Below, in pieces: positions 24,828-39,149 of a stretch of DNA of 64,000 nt. A program made the translations under genes and the position numbers. The stretch is from positions 48,174,001 to 48,238,000 of the forward strand of contig CM060732.1 of assembly GCA_030704615.1 (NCBI GenBank), read 5' to 3'. The stretch comes from Takakia lepidozioides. Taxonomy: Eukaryota > Plantae > Bryophyta. How positions within the stretch are numbered: the first letter of the stretch is position 1; each line of letters begins with the position of its first letter. Below the pieces are notes generated by a model. That model saw only the letters and a program-made list of their open reading frames with translations, made no database searches and was not told the origin of the DNA.

Positions 24828-27800
24828 GTTTATTCCTATCCACTTATGGTTTTATTCCATTCTGAAAAAATATAACTCCTATGACCGAAGTTTAAAAACA
24901 TAAAACTCCAATGACTGTGGGTTGTGCTCACGGGATACCGACCCCCCCAAGGCACTTTCTTTTTGAAAATTCTTTACGTATTAGGGAATGGGCAAGCCCC
25001 TGGTAGCTCTATGGCGCTCCCATTCCTCATCGTTAAGGAGTTTTGCTTTGTCATAGTCGTGTACTAGATTGTAGTGAGATCAAGGCAAATGTTCCATAAT
25101 ATTGTTGTACATAAGTGATGAAATGAGTCAGAGAATCTAAGATGTAGGTACATGAGTATTGCAGTTGCCGGTAGAATGGGTTGGGGTGGTCAGTAGGGTT
25201 GTAACCTACAAAATACAAGACAAGTGGTATGAGAGGATTAGAATATGTCCAAGGGAAATTATTTTGTAAAGATGGGAAACATGAGGGAAGCAGGCGTCTC
25301 GTGTACAAGTTGGGTAAGCACAAAGATGGAGATAAGTTAGATTGAGAGGTGTGAAAAGCTGACATGTGCACACTACAACAGGATCTGGTTTTTATGACTA
25401 TCCATTTCACAACATATTGAGTCGTTTCAGGCATGTTTCACTACCGACAGCCTAGTCGTAAAGGGCGCATCGTTTCAGGCATGTAGTGAAGTAAAATGTG
25501 TAGTCGTTTTAGGCAGTAAAACACTTTCACTACGTTGGGGCCCACCTAATTTTTTGGGTAGGGGTTACAACAATGTCAGGTTTCACTACACCAGTACACG
25601 TGGGGGTAATGCATTTCACTATACCAATACACGTGGCGGTAATGCATTTCACTTTATCAGTACACGTGGCAACGTTCAGTACACGTGTCAGTGAGTATGC
25701 TTCAATATACTACACATGGTAGACTTGAAATTGTTCACTATAAGGCATTCTACCCCACGCCACGTCTTCAACTTGTCTAGAATGTAGTTGGTAAGAGTTA
25801 CTACATAGTGATTTTCTGGGCTATTCAGTCAACGTGTCATCCAACATGTAGTTAAATGTAATACCTCGCAGTGGAGCATATGTCTTTATATTTCACTATG
25901 TAGTGATGCACATGACTATATAAAGTATGATGTAACACCAATCAGTGCTGATTTGTAGTGAATGAAAATACCAATCAGTAATCATTTCACTATGGAGTGT
26001 TTGTTTTTCATTGATACTAGAGACTAGACACAGTGAAATCAAACACTACATAGTAAAGCATTCGAATCAATTTGTTGTCTATTTCACTTAACAGTGGAAT
26101 ATTCTCACTTGTTTTGTTGTTGTTATGGCCGGATCAATGTGCCTGCAAGCACGGTCTTCGTCGTTGGACGGCTGAAACAAAGGATGCCATTTAAGCCCAA
26201 AATCAACAGCTTCCAAGAAATAGAAAGGGGGGACGCAGGCACGAAACGTCACCTGCTGTTCACTGCATTTCTGTTTGGTCTCGGTGCTTCCAACTCCTGT
26301 TCCATCCAAAGCCTGGGCATCTGATTTATCTTGCTTCTTCACCAAGACATGGTCAGCTTCCTTCCCTCCACCTCCCCCAACTATGTCCAACACAGACCCT
26401 CCTTTATGCTGTAAATCATCAAGACAACCGAGTTTTGCACTCACGCATGTAGTTGCAACTGTCGTTGCAATTGCAAGAACTTGCATTGCCCTCTCTGGCA
26501 GTCTTCTCCAGGCCTGTCTCAGAGGTGGACCTTGAGGTGGATCATGGTGGATCATGGTGGGAGGTGGATCATGATGCTCCAGGATTTTGATTTTAAAATA
26601 GTGTACATAGAGCTAGTTCAAAGCACTCCAACGTGGATGCTTTAAGCACGTACCCAGTGGGGCCTGCACTGAAGAATCTGAAGAGTTAGAAGTCAATGCC
26701 ACAAATGTTGTCCAAAGCAAGAGGTCTCAGGGTAGAAGGGATGGGGACTTTCTACTTAGAATCATCCAATGTTAAGAAAGGGCAGTGCCAACAGGCCAAG
26801 GATCATGAGAAGAGGCATAAGGCTGGGCATGCGTGTAAGGATGTACTTACGATTTTCACCAGCTGCAACCCTCGGAGGCAAGAGTTCTTTGACCAGCTCT
26901 TAGTGAATGAAAATATGGGAATGAGGGAAAGTGAGGATTCCTTTACTTTCTCTACTCTCACAGAATCGGCAGTAACAACTCTCCTTTATATACCCTCTCA
27001 AGGCGGCGGGCCCATCCCCTCAAGCGGTAGGACTCTAGAAGGCTGCCCTACAACACATGTCACCCCTAAAAACCACCACGTGACAACTATATTCTGCCTC
27101 CCCATGATCTGTCATGTAACCCCAGGAGCTCATTATCCCTCAACCTCTCTTCGATTTTCATGTAACCCCAAATAGCAAGCTGCCCGATACCATCATAATT
27201 CGATTTGTTACTGCCTATCAAGATTTCAATGCTACAATCGTGTTCGTTATTGCACTGTCCCACTACTCAATATACGTTTAATATATATTTTACAGCCGTT
27301 AGTTCACATCATCCCCGATCGTGACTATCCTCCCAATAAACCAACGCAGGCTTGACAGCCTGCTTACGATCCCACCATAGCTGTTTTTCCTATAAGTATA
27401 CCTTTCAACACTCACTGGCTGACTGTAACCCCACTATCATTACAAAAGAACACCATATTACGATTTCTGATCGGCCTTTATACTGCTGGCTACCATGCCC
27501 TGTCACCCAGCCTGACGGTTACATACATTATTTATGCTACTAGCATACTCCCAACCACCTCCCGATGAAAAATTGTAGGACTATTCATATGCCGCGGCAC
27601 TTATCCGATACTGAAATGCTGTAGATCACAATTAAACATGGATTTCCACGATGTTTCCATCGTTTGCACGTTCCCACAGCAACTCATTACCATCATTTGG
27701 CAACAAGTAATGCAACATGCCAAATACCCTTCCAACCGCTCCATCTAACCTCCCTAACTGGGAACTGCAGGCCACAAGGCTACGGCCAGTATCTTATATA

Positions 27801-27888
27801 CATCCATGCCTACAAGGTAGGGAGGAAAGGAAGGTCTGCTAGTAAATTGATCGGGAATTTTCTTCATGGGTAGTGTGAACTTGTATCT

Positions 27889-30800
27889 TTAGGGCTCTTC
27901 ATGGCCGAGTAACCCTGTTCTGGAATCAGTGCTATTACGAGGGTCATGGTTGACGTGGGAACTATCATGTGCATGACGGTAGCGTCTTTCAGGTAGGTCC
28001 TTTCCTGCACCAATCGGCTTTTCTCCCACGTGGTGGCGGTGCGATGGGATTTCAGGCTGGAGGTATGCCCCAGCGTTATCAGTACACCTTCCAACATGCA
28101 TATCATGTGTCTCTGAACCGCTGAGAGGGTGGTGGATTGAACTCCTACTTTCCAGATTGGTGTGTGACCCGTATTGAGAATCCACAGGATTGCCAGTGAT
28201 AGTGTGAGGGTGGCTATCACTGTGCCCATTAAGGGGTTCTGTGAGAAAATCAACTGTGACATCATCTTTGGAACTATTTTGCCGCGAATTACCACTTTCC
28301 AGGTAGATGCGGCGTGATTCTGTTAGAGAATCAGCATCAGAGAAAGAGTCAGCTGCACCACGAGGGCTGTTGGAATGGACACCAAGGGATCTGGCTCTCT
28401 GAAGAGAAACAAGTGGGACTCCATTCTCTGAATAATTTGATGATGAATTGGTGCCGTCAAGGTTGCGACGGCCTGATGATCCATCCTTAATCACGGCAGG
28501 GACCTCATCATCAACAACAGCTGACTTAATGGCAGGATGCAAGTATGCTCCGTCTAGAAAGCTTCGATCTAGCTCCTGAGTCTCCATAAGCCTGTCCCTA
28601 CATCGGGCTTCCTGCATTTGGAACACGGCAGTTAACCCCTGCTGACATTTATTCTATTTACATATTCATATAGCACATTAACTCTACATTGTTCTATTGT
28701 CAGGCATTTGCAAACCACATAAATCTAGATCTGTCAAACTACAGTAAGAAAAGTCTCACCTGCAGGGGATATCGCTGAAATGCTAGTCCAAATCGCTGTC
28801 TACAATACATATGGAAAATGATTGTCAAAATGGGCAATGGTAGCAAGAAGGGAGTGGACGCGATGGCCTTCTTCAATGAAAAGAGACCAATTAGTGTGAT
28901 GTGTTTGATTATAAGTGCAATGATAATGTGGCGATGAACAAGAGGCCAAAAGGAGGCAGCACTCTCATACTTGGGCTGATATACATTGATAACCTGCACC
29001 CATATATAACCCCCTGTTGGTAACTGTACAGAGACAACAAGAAAATCTTCCAGATCACAGGGGCCCCAAAGGGTCAGAGAGACAAACAAGAGAGGGAGAA
29101 TGGTAGTTTGATCAAACCTACATGAGACCACCATTGATAAGATCATTTGAGTGCCATCGCAACAGAAGGAAGTCTAGGTACCTGGTTTCGATATATGATA
29201 TAACCAAACCCGAAGAAGATCATGATGAATGGCAATATAAGAGGTGAGATGATTGCATAGACTAATCCGAGAAGGAAATAGAGGCCCAGGTGAGGAAGGA
29301 CGGTGTTGTATCCTGGACCGGTGGCTGGTATTGCTTTCAATCGGTCCTTGTCGGTTTTCACTAGCATAGCATTCTTCAGGTGGTAGAGAACCATAGGCCA
29401 AAGTCGAAATATTTCAGCCGCAAGCGACGACCAACCATCTAACATACTGTAGGTGATGAAGAAGGTTGCTTTCATTGGTACTGCTGTCCCAAAAACTGCA
29501 GGGACCCTGCATAGCAAAAAACCTCTTGAATCATTACTGCAACTACTACATTCCCTCAAGACTTGGTTCAATTTGAGTACAGATTCAAATTGACACAAAG
29601 AATGAAATCAGCAGAAAGCATCGTTGATTCCAGACTGCAACTGTAGCCCTCTTCTTGCCTATGAATGTGACATGCAACTTTTAGGTGCATTGCAAGTCAC
29701 ACTAAATTAAAAGGGCAGAAGCTACTTAGAGCGCACTGATTTGACACTAATAAACAGTCATTGTACTAAAGAAGATTTGAACTCGTGACCTCTGTGTTAG
29801 AGCATCATTAAGTCACTCTGGGCAACAAAGGACGACAAGAGAAGGAAAACCATTAACCATGATAGAACTTCTAAAGACAACCAAATTAACATATAAAAAA
29901 CCAAAGGACAACAAGAGAAGAAAACACGAAAGTCAGCAAAGGAAGGCCCGGTGTGTCTATCTAGCAGTAGTCGAACTTCTACACAACCAAATTAACATAT
30001 AAAAAACACTACAGAAAGGAAAAGAAACAAAACAAAGAATGCATGAAATGTGTAGGAGAGGGTCCGCACTTTGTGGGGGAGGAAATGTACTGCTTGAGCT
30101 GTTGAAAAAGGGAGCCCACTATGACATTCCCAAAAAAGACATTAACCACCATGAATGTGAAGTACTTCGTTGCTGCGAATCTATCAATTGTCGACCGTGA
30201 GACATAGCCTTCAAATTTTGTCAGTAGGATCAAAAGCTGAGGGAGGAGTGCGAGGAACAGTTTCAATACCAGCGTAGGCAGAAACCCTTGCAGAAAGGAC
30301 CTCATGAATGGCCTGCACAGAGTTCACCAAAAATATTGATGAGGACTGCCTAGCATCCAGCATCCACACCCATTTCACATGAACTCATATCCACATCAAG
30401 TTGATTCAAATGCTCACTAAGCGATAAAGAATTTTCTGACAGCACAAAGGGTTAGCAGTGGTATCATGTATCAAGAGCAGAACTGACTTGATACCAAGAA
30501 TGACGTCGTACTCCTCTCTGCAAGTACATGAGCCTCCCCTTCAAATGGATGGAAAACGGTTCAGTGTACAGCACTTACTTGTTAATGAGGGGCCTGAGAA
30601 AGGTTACTGTCTTTTCCAGAGAGTCCAAATTAGCCAGAGATTGCACAAATGTGACTGGAATCATGTAGAAAAAGACCAAGACGAAGATGGCAATGCCAAT
30701 ACCCAGGCGTCGGATGTTGAGTTCAACATAGGGAATTGGTAAGTTAGCCCAGTATACATCACGAGGCTCTGGAGCCCATTCAGTAAGCCATTTGGTTGGG

Positions 30801-33800
30801 TCCCTACTCTGCTGGGTTTGGGCACAAACTGCAGCACCCCACCGTGTGGTGAAGGAAACAAAGGCTGCTCTCATCACATATTTTTGGTTGGACAGAACTT
30901 CCTTGCGCTCATTGTAGATCTGTGGGCAATGAAGACAAGATTAGAACTTCTTCTCATCCAACAAAGCTTTGTCCACTTGTCAATATCTTCCTCTTTGGCT
31001 CTGCATAGCTTCCTCTTTTTCCAGACCCTAACATGTTTCTGGCAGTGCAACATCTTGATGTATTATAGACTACTACAATACCAAAGCTGACTTCAACGTC
31101 ACTCTAGTTCTTATGTTATTCAACGTATGACTCCAGGTGAGTAGATTGTGATTGGCTGTGCACCAGCAGCATGGAAGTTTCAGGCCTGGTTACATACCCT
31201 GCTGCTAACTACCTGGTATCTGCAGTATGAATGGGACCAACCCTTGCAGGTGTGTCACAGTCAAACTTGATATACACAATATTTCTGGAGATTCCTAGAA
31301 GTGTGCTACAACACTAGATTATGGGGCAGAGGTTTAGGGGATGAGGCTGATGAATGAACCACTGCTGATTTTGCAATTGACATCAAAAGAAGAAGGTACC
31401 TCTTGAGTTAGCCGATGAATTTCAGATGTGTAGAAATCAATGGCATCCACTTTCTCCCCATACAAGTGCATGAACCCTTTCTGGGAAAACCAAACACAGA
31501 ACCTTAGTCCCCACCAACAATGGGCCTTGTGGATGCTACTGTTGGCCCCTCCATGAGGCCATTCTCTGCCTGGCCATTCTAGTGAAACTTGTGTAACAAA
31601 GATGTCAATAAACAATATCAACTGGGTTATTGTTAAAATATGGCTGACATTTACCCGGATTGTGGGTCTGTTAGAGGTCTCCTGTCCAGCTTGTTTCTCT
31701 TGCAAGTAGTCAAGCTTGTTCTCCATTTTCTCCTTCTTACCGATGAGTTTTGCTACTTTGTTTGCATTGTAAACCACCTGCAATTTCCCATGTTCGCATA
31801 GGTAGGAAAGAGAAACGTGTGTTATTTTAAGTACGCACCAAGAGAGACTTCAGCGTCTGCACTGACGCCCTGTCTCAGATCCAGATTGCCAATCTCATAT
31901 CCTCCTTCTGGACAAAGAACTTAGAGAAAGAAAGAAGAAGAAACAACATCCTAATTAAACTTTGAATGCTGAAGACATAGAATCCAACCACTTTGTTTGG
32001 CCAGAGAGACAGAGTAAGGGAAGAAAGAGAAAGGATGGGGAAGGGAGTTGGTCATGTAGAAGAAAAACATGTGTCCATGTGAGTGAATGGAATTTGAGAG
32101 AGAGAGAAAACCTGATGGGTACAGTAGTACTCAAAGTGGGTTTCTCTAAAAAAATGCTCGATTTGGAGCCCTCTGGACTCATTTGGGTTTCTTGGCATCT
32201 GCCTCACTAAAACCTGCCCGAGAAACAGTTCATCCAGCCAGTGCCCAATTTACACTTATTAAGATGCATACCCTGGACCAACTTCCAAGACATACATTTG
32301 TGACTAGTCACTTCCAGTGAGCACTAGCATGAACAGAGGCCCAGCTCCTATCGGATGTCAAAAGGTCCATAAAAATTTCTCGCCCTAACAGAAGTCTGCA
32401 TGTATGCATCAAGAATGAAATTGAACAATCAGCTATCACGAGCAGAGACTACCAGGGTGTAGAATACCAGCCACATTTGTTTTTGAGTTTAGGAGGTGAG
32501 AAACCCATGTATGCATCCCCAGAGAGAGAAATATTACAGTGAATTGGTCGGGCTTTTGTTTCATGGATGCAAGGAAAACATAGCGCATATTCTCCACTTT
32601 GCTATACTCCATGAAGAGCATCAGACAAGTCCAGCCCGAGAAGAGATAGGCTGCTGTCAGATGGGCCCACAGCCTGCCCTGCACCCAGTTATCCACATTA
32701 AGCTTCCATCAAGTTTGGACCCACACTCTAGAAGCACAGTAGATAGATGTGCCCGTGGCCCACTTCGGCTATGACGATATGCCCAGGGGATACTAACCTT
32801 CCAGGAGCCAGGTGCAGGATTTTAACACACCAGGCTACAAAACCTAAAGCTAGAATTGCCACAGGGATCTACACAGCCACATCAGTCCATCTACACGTCG
32901 AATGGTTGTGAGGATCAGGAGTGGCACCCTTCCCACCATAGATTATGGAGCATCAACTTACACATGCGAATAATCATTCAGTGTTTCCGAGAGAATGGTT
33001 GCTGCAGCAGCATCAACCACACAGGCCGGTGAGGTACTAACATCACGTGGCAAACAGTTTTTAGTCAGAGTTGTACAAGAAAGATGCTATAAGCCTATAT
33101 CAAAAGCGAGATCGGTAGATGACGAAGCAAACGAAATCAATGAACTGGCGATGGAGCAGACGAACCGATTTGATTTGTCCTGGACATTCGAGATGGAGAG
33201 AGTATCAACAGAACTGTACGTGAAGGTAGTAGGGTGTGCAGCCTTGTAGGTTGCTAGCTGATTGTCAGTCTTGTTCACTGGGATGAGCACTAGTAATCCC
33301 CACACCGTCATCGGCATAAAAATCTTCAGCCTGCAAACACATGGCCTTGATTCATCACTACGAGATGAATGAGGCAAGGATCACTTATCAGGTAGGGGGC
33401 CACACTTGAATTAGTACTAAGCAAAGGGAATAGATCAAGAAAGACGTCCACACTATTTTGGTGATTGCTGTAGCCTTCTTGCCTAAAACTCGCACCAGTT
33501 CAAACGGAGTGGAGATAAAAGAAAGGAAGAGCCACACAATCTCTCTCTCCGTCATGTTCCTTAGCCAAGTCAAGATACATGAATTGTACCCCAACAAAAG
33601 GACACGCAAAAATACTGCCGAGTCCAGACCAGCGTGCTCGATCAATTCCGCTTCCGGCATCCGCAGGGTGATCCATATCCAATCCATCACGTGTGCATAG
33701 CTCTTCACGTTCAGGTTTACATACCGGGAACCGTCGGCCAAATTTGCTACTTTTGGTTCCTTGCCTTTAAGGAACCATATCGGAAAGTACACGCGGAAAT

Positions 33801-33903
33801 TCATTGGCTGGTTCTTCAGCATTGCATAACCAATTAACAAACCTATTGATGTCACAATGTTGACCCATGCCGCTGTTATCAGGTCTAAGACGCTTCCCGA
33901 CAT
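27889..33903 (-). CDS. OSCA/CSC1 (ERD4/TMEM63 family) calcium-permeable channel, OSCA1-like; 11 exons: 33903-33590, 33330-33166, 32673-32538, 32213-32112, 31777-31655, 31480-31400, 30919-30579, 30312-30070, 29506-29182, 28993-28760, 28611-27889
   Basis: NQPMNFRVYFPIWF, HAGLDSAVFLR, QFTVLVR, VVYNANK, KVDAIDFY, AAFVSF..RWGAAVCAQTQQ, WAPEPRDVYW, PMKATFFITY and YRNQVINVY..YESAASFWP. GT-AG junctions keep frame. Confidence 0.95.
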
Positions 33904-35755
33904 TCTGGAAGGGGAAGAAGGCAGTGGAGGACAGAGAAAACTATACGGAAGAAATGAATCAAGTGTACTAAGATGGAACAGCTCCTAGGCATAGAACAAT
34001 TGACCCGTACTATAGCAGCAGACAAATCCAGAAGATGGAGACACACAGAATATGAGAGCAATTGCCATGGCAACTCCTGCAATGTGAAGCATAGCTGTGA
34101 ACTACTGTAGCCTCAATCCGACGAGTAAGAATCGACACAAGAAATGGTTCAGTACGATGACCGAAGCTCGAAATCAGGCAAACTAAGGTCTTCCCTCCAG
34201 TTTAAGGAATAATTATCGATGAAGCGAGCCAGCAGCTAAACCTCCAGACCTCTGTTCAGATACGGACTAGACGAACACGTATTTGCGGACTTCGACTGAT
34301 ATCCCAGGGCTTCATGATTCATTCAGCTAAAGAAATCGGACAGGAGGATGAGGAAGAGAGGGAAGGACATGGAAAAGGAGACTAGCGTATCTCTCTCCTC
34401 CCAGCAACCGCAAGCGATGCGCTACAAACCAGAAAAGCATTCCACAGCTCATTCCGAGGGATCCATCTATACTACCACCTAGGGCGAGACGGATTCAAAG
34501 ATGATGGTGATGATGGTGGCCCAGGCGGAGATGGATACACACAAGAGCAAGGCAGCTGCCCGCAGTAACTAAGGCACCGACCGCCTCAGTAAAAACTTGG
34601 AATTCTTTTCGGGCTTAATATCTTCCTTTCACATTGAGGAGCCGCATATTCCACGTGTCCCCAGGGAGGTCAGTCCGCATTTTTGGCATGTCGAATCGGG
34701 CTGTGTGTCCACCAATCAAGGGTTGTGAATGCGCAAAATATGGGTGTACGTGGCAACCCTAAGTTTATTTGTGCTGCACTTTTGGATGGGGCGGGTTCCA
34801 TTATATTGACCGGATATACACAAGTCAGGGGGCGCCGCGTGGAAGCATCGTATCCGCTAGAAGCTATAATCCACACGGGGAGACGTGCGGCGAAATGTAA
34901 AGTAACGTAAAGTAAAGTTTGCTTAATGTAGAAAGGTAAATAATGAGGAAGGGCGGGGGTGTAACGGTCTGTCCTGCCTGCCGTACGTTTCATTTATGTG
35001 TAACTCGGCGGAGTAAATAATTTGAAATGGTACGGTCCCAGCGGGAGAGGCGCCACAACGTGGACTCCGAGGTGCAACACGTGTAAGAGGCTCGCACCTG
35101 CAGTACCGGCAGCTGACGGTCTCCATTCCCGGATCGCACGGGAAGGGCCCCTTCAGTGTCGCTGATGAGGTGTCGCCTTGGTAAATATAAAATGGCCGTC
35201 GTGTCCTTCTTGTACTAGAAAACGGGCCGGGTAGGGCCGATTCTGCCCTGTAAGTCTTCTCGCTACGTGGCGCAATATCATTGGTCTTTTTTTAAATATC
35301 CCATATCGATTGCCTATATTCACAACTCTGTCGAGGATATAAACCGGGAATGGTGGGCGGGTGATGGCTGTTATACCATTGTCTTCAATGGGCACGTGCG
35401 ATGTGGCCGGTGGGCCCCACGCAGGGATGCCCGGCTCCCCAACACCCCGCCCGCGCCCCATCCGCCGCGCGGCCAGTCCCCCGCCCATGAGTCCGCTGCC
35501 CAGCAGTATGCCAGTCCGCTGGCCAGTCCCATGCCATCCAGTCCGCTGACGACGCAGGATCGCCACCATCCATTCCCATAACCCATCCGAGCCCTCCATT
35601 TTTAGGGCTACAATTCAAACCTGCCTCCCTGCCGCCTGCCACTTGCCAACAGCCGCGAACGTGCGCACTGTTCTCCTGGCACGTTGTCCATCGTGTCCTG
35701 TACTGCGGCGCGTTTCTTGCATGTTCAGAAGCGTGTCCTTTGTACTGTATAGGGC

Positions 35756-38700
35756 ATGGACGTGGAAGCAAAACCCGATGATATATTGATCACGGAAAGC
35801 CCGCTTATACGGCCTCTTCGACAATGTTTGCAAACAGCAAAACCAGGACCCTTCAACAGGAAGGATCTTCATTGGAAGAGTGAGACGCAATATGGGTTTA
35901 TGGGTGTGCGAGTGAATGTTGAAAAGGCCTGCATACCTTGGGATAGAGTTGGTGACTTCGTCGTGGGAGAGGAGAGTTTGGAGGACTACCCCACTCAGTT
36001 TTGGGTGAATGTCCATTCTAAAGTGGAACCCGGCTCGCGAAAAGCACCCAGAGCCAACACATTTCTGTCCAGTATTATGTGTGCACGATCCTCAGTCCTT
36101 TTGACGTTTCATTGCATGTCTGTTGCCATTTTTTGTTTCACGGGTTCTCTGATTTTATGCTTCCTCAAGTCGTTGGATATTGATTTTAGAATTTTCTGTC
36201 CAGGTATCAATGCTGTTACGGTCCTGATGATAAGCGCACCAACAAGGCAATAGTGGAGGATCCAAAACAGAAGCGTGGAGGACCTCTTGTGGGTGCTGGA
36301 ACATCTTGCCCTCATAAAGGCCCAAGGAGAAAGAAGTCGGAGTATGGAGAGTCTTACAAACGTGGTTGCCAATGCTGTTTCAAGGTCCAGCAATGTTATC
36401 TCGCCCCTGACATCTGTGTCCTTACGTACTACAACAACATGGAGCATACAGATGCGCAAGGGAAACCCTCGCATGGGAAGTCCGCAGAGTTCAGGAACAC
36501 CCGCCACGCCTATGCACCACACATTAGCGAGGAATTGAAAGCCTGGGTCGTCGAGTGTTTGTGCTGAGGCCTGTCGGTCGTCCAAATCATGATGGAGCAT
36601 AAAGAGCACGTGATGAATAACACCAGCTTGGGCGATGCATGGACCCGCGATGATTTCTTGTTGGAGCAAGATGTTCGCAACCTTGCCGAGAAACGTGCGT
36701 GGCAAACCTTCAAAAAGCACGCCGATGATGCAGAGAGTGTGCGCATGTGGAGAGACCAGAATCCTGCGTCCATTTTTTTCTATCAAGAGGAGAAATTAGA
36801 GCCAACATTCAAGCATTTTGATGGAGATTTGACATTCACTATTGGCATACGGACTCCGTGGCAAAAACGACGAATGTTGGAACTAGGACATGACCGTATC
36901 GTTGCATGTGATGCAACCTTTGGGACAAATCATGATAAGGTACTATTCGAACGATTCCATGGACTTGTACGAGCATGATAGCATAGTACCATGCAACATT
37001 CACATAATATTTGGTGTGCTGACCCTTTCTGTATGTTTTCATGTGTACGTTGCGGAAGACCGAGAGGCAGACCCATTGTGAACCGCTACAGACCTCATCA
37101 CTCTTATGAAGTCTTCTCGTGCAGAACTGAGCGGAATTTGCATGCTCTGACCATCTTACATTGTGCATTCCAACAGTTCTCATTGTACATGTTGATGGTC
37201 TTCGACGAGTGGTTGAACGGTATACCAGTTGCCTATATCCTATCCGCGAGGAATCGGACAAAAGACCTGGTTCCGTGGATGAGAGCCTTGCGCGATTCAC
37301 TCCTCGCAGATTTGCCGAGCTGGCGACCCAATGCCTTCATTGTGGACGATGCCGAAGCAGAAATCAACGCTATTCGGTAAGTCTGTTGGTCCACAGCACT
37401 GGTCCATTGTCGAGGTCCACTGCAGCAGTCCATTGCTACAGTCCACTGGCAGACTCATGTGGCGAAACTCGATGGCAGTTCGCTGGGCAAATCCACTGGT
37501 AGTCCGCTGTCAAGTCCGGTCATCAGTCCCCTGGCAAGTCCGCTGGCAGTCCCCGGCAAGTCCGCTCGGCAGTCCGCTGCCAAGTCCACTCAGCAGTCCC
37601 TTTGGTCGGCCGTCCGCTGCCAAGTCCACTCGGCAGTCCATTGTGGCAGTCCAATAGGGCAATTCGCTGATGCAGTCCGCTGGCTCAGTCCTAGCTAGGG
37701 GAAGTCCAATGGGGAAGTCCACTGGGTAGTCCAATGGGGTTATTCCAGCACATCAACGTCATGGCATTGTATTGTCCACTGGGCGAGTCCAGTGGCTCTG
37801 CCCGCTGATACAGGTCGCTATTACAGTCCACTCCGGCAGTCCACCATTGCAGTCCGATCCCAAGACTCTAATATGTACCATGTGTATTGTGCAGAATTAT
37901 TTTTGAATGAGTACTCATTTTCCTCTGCCTTTGGCATGTCTGCAAGGCATGGGTGAAGCAATCATGCAAGAAAACGAAGGATCCGGTGACCGCTGTAAAC
38001 TTGTTGAAGGATATGGGAGACCTCATGTACTGTAGAGGGGGACCACGCAACGAGAAAAAAGCGCTTCGATGGGTTGCAAGGAGAATCCGTCGTATGAGGT
38101 CAAAATACCCGAAAGGACATGAATTTCTTGACTATATCAAATAGTACTGGAAGCCCAAAATAGCAATGTAGTGTACAGCAGCCAACCAGATCCCTCATGC
38201 GAGCCAAGACACAAACGCAAGCATTGAGGCATACCATGGAAATCTGAAGGCAAGACTTGCCATGGGGAAAGGCAAGATGAGTGGTCGTAGAGTGGACTGG
38301 CTTATATGGGAACTCACTGGCCATGTGCTAACACACTACTGGTATGCAATCCATTTGAAGACCCACGGGTTCATAAGAAATGACAAACACGAAAAGTACA
38401 TATCCAGTTCTATACTTGTGGCACGAGACATTCCTGCTGAAAGTGTTACTCTTCCCTTGGGTCCTGGTGAACCAGCCTACGTTCTCAGCAGCAACCACCC
38501 CGGCACAACATACATTGTTTACAATCCTGCTTGCGATTGGGGTTGTTGCACGTGCCCATGGGCAATGAAGGGAAACTTATGCAAGCATCAGGTCCGTGTC
38601 CTGAAGATGTTTCACCCTAACCTGCAGGATGGCCTCCTTGTGTGCGCTTGTGGCACGGCGCTGGGAACCATTCATGGAGGATTACCTAACTTGCTCTTGG

Positions 38701-39149
38701 GCAATGGTGCCGGCGGCAACGACGAATCCAATCAGTTCATGGAAAGACATCCTCCGGACGACTTCCCCTACGACGAGGCACCTCTAGAGGTCTCAGCCTC
38801 AATGGAACAAGAATTCGCGGACATACTTCGCATTGTAGGTGATGACAAATACCTGGAGGCACATGCCCGATCTGCTCTTCATATGTGCAGAGGGCAGCTT
38901 GTTGATATCCTGGCGAAAAGTGCGGCTGGAATGTTGCACCCTGCGGCAGCGAAGGCTTTCCGTCCTCTGAACGACAACAACAACATGTCTCTGAAAAGGA
39001 GACGAGATTTTGTGGAGGCCTGGAAAACCCGGCCTAGGGTTTTGCGGAGAACCAGCAAAAGGGTGTCTGCACCTGCACCTGCAGCACATATGTACTCGAA
39101 AATTCGCAAGGTTTCAGGTCGTGTAGATGTCACAAAGAAGACAATATAA
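35756..39149 (+). pseudogene. Mutator-like (MULE) DDE transposase with SWIM finger, similar to the At4g13970/At1g60560 family; exons about 35756-36078, 36204-36939, 37177-37376, 37895-39149; premature stops
   Basis: YQCCYGPDDKR, KRGCQCCF..H.D..G.PSHG, YAPHISEEL, IGIRTPWQ, ACDATFGTN (D1), FIVDD (D2), LCLWHV..AW, TNASIEAYH (E) and SWIM CTC-x7-CKH. In-frame stops at about 36565, 37908, 38142 and 38169. Confidence 0.85.

Noticed and set aside
26088-27175. ORFs 26088-26555 and 26696-27175 as genes, or a solo LTR
   Set aside because: No recognisable domain, no consistent exon structure and no TG..CA/TSD boundaries found.
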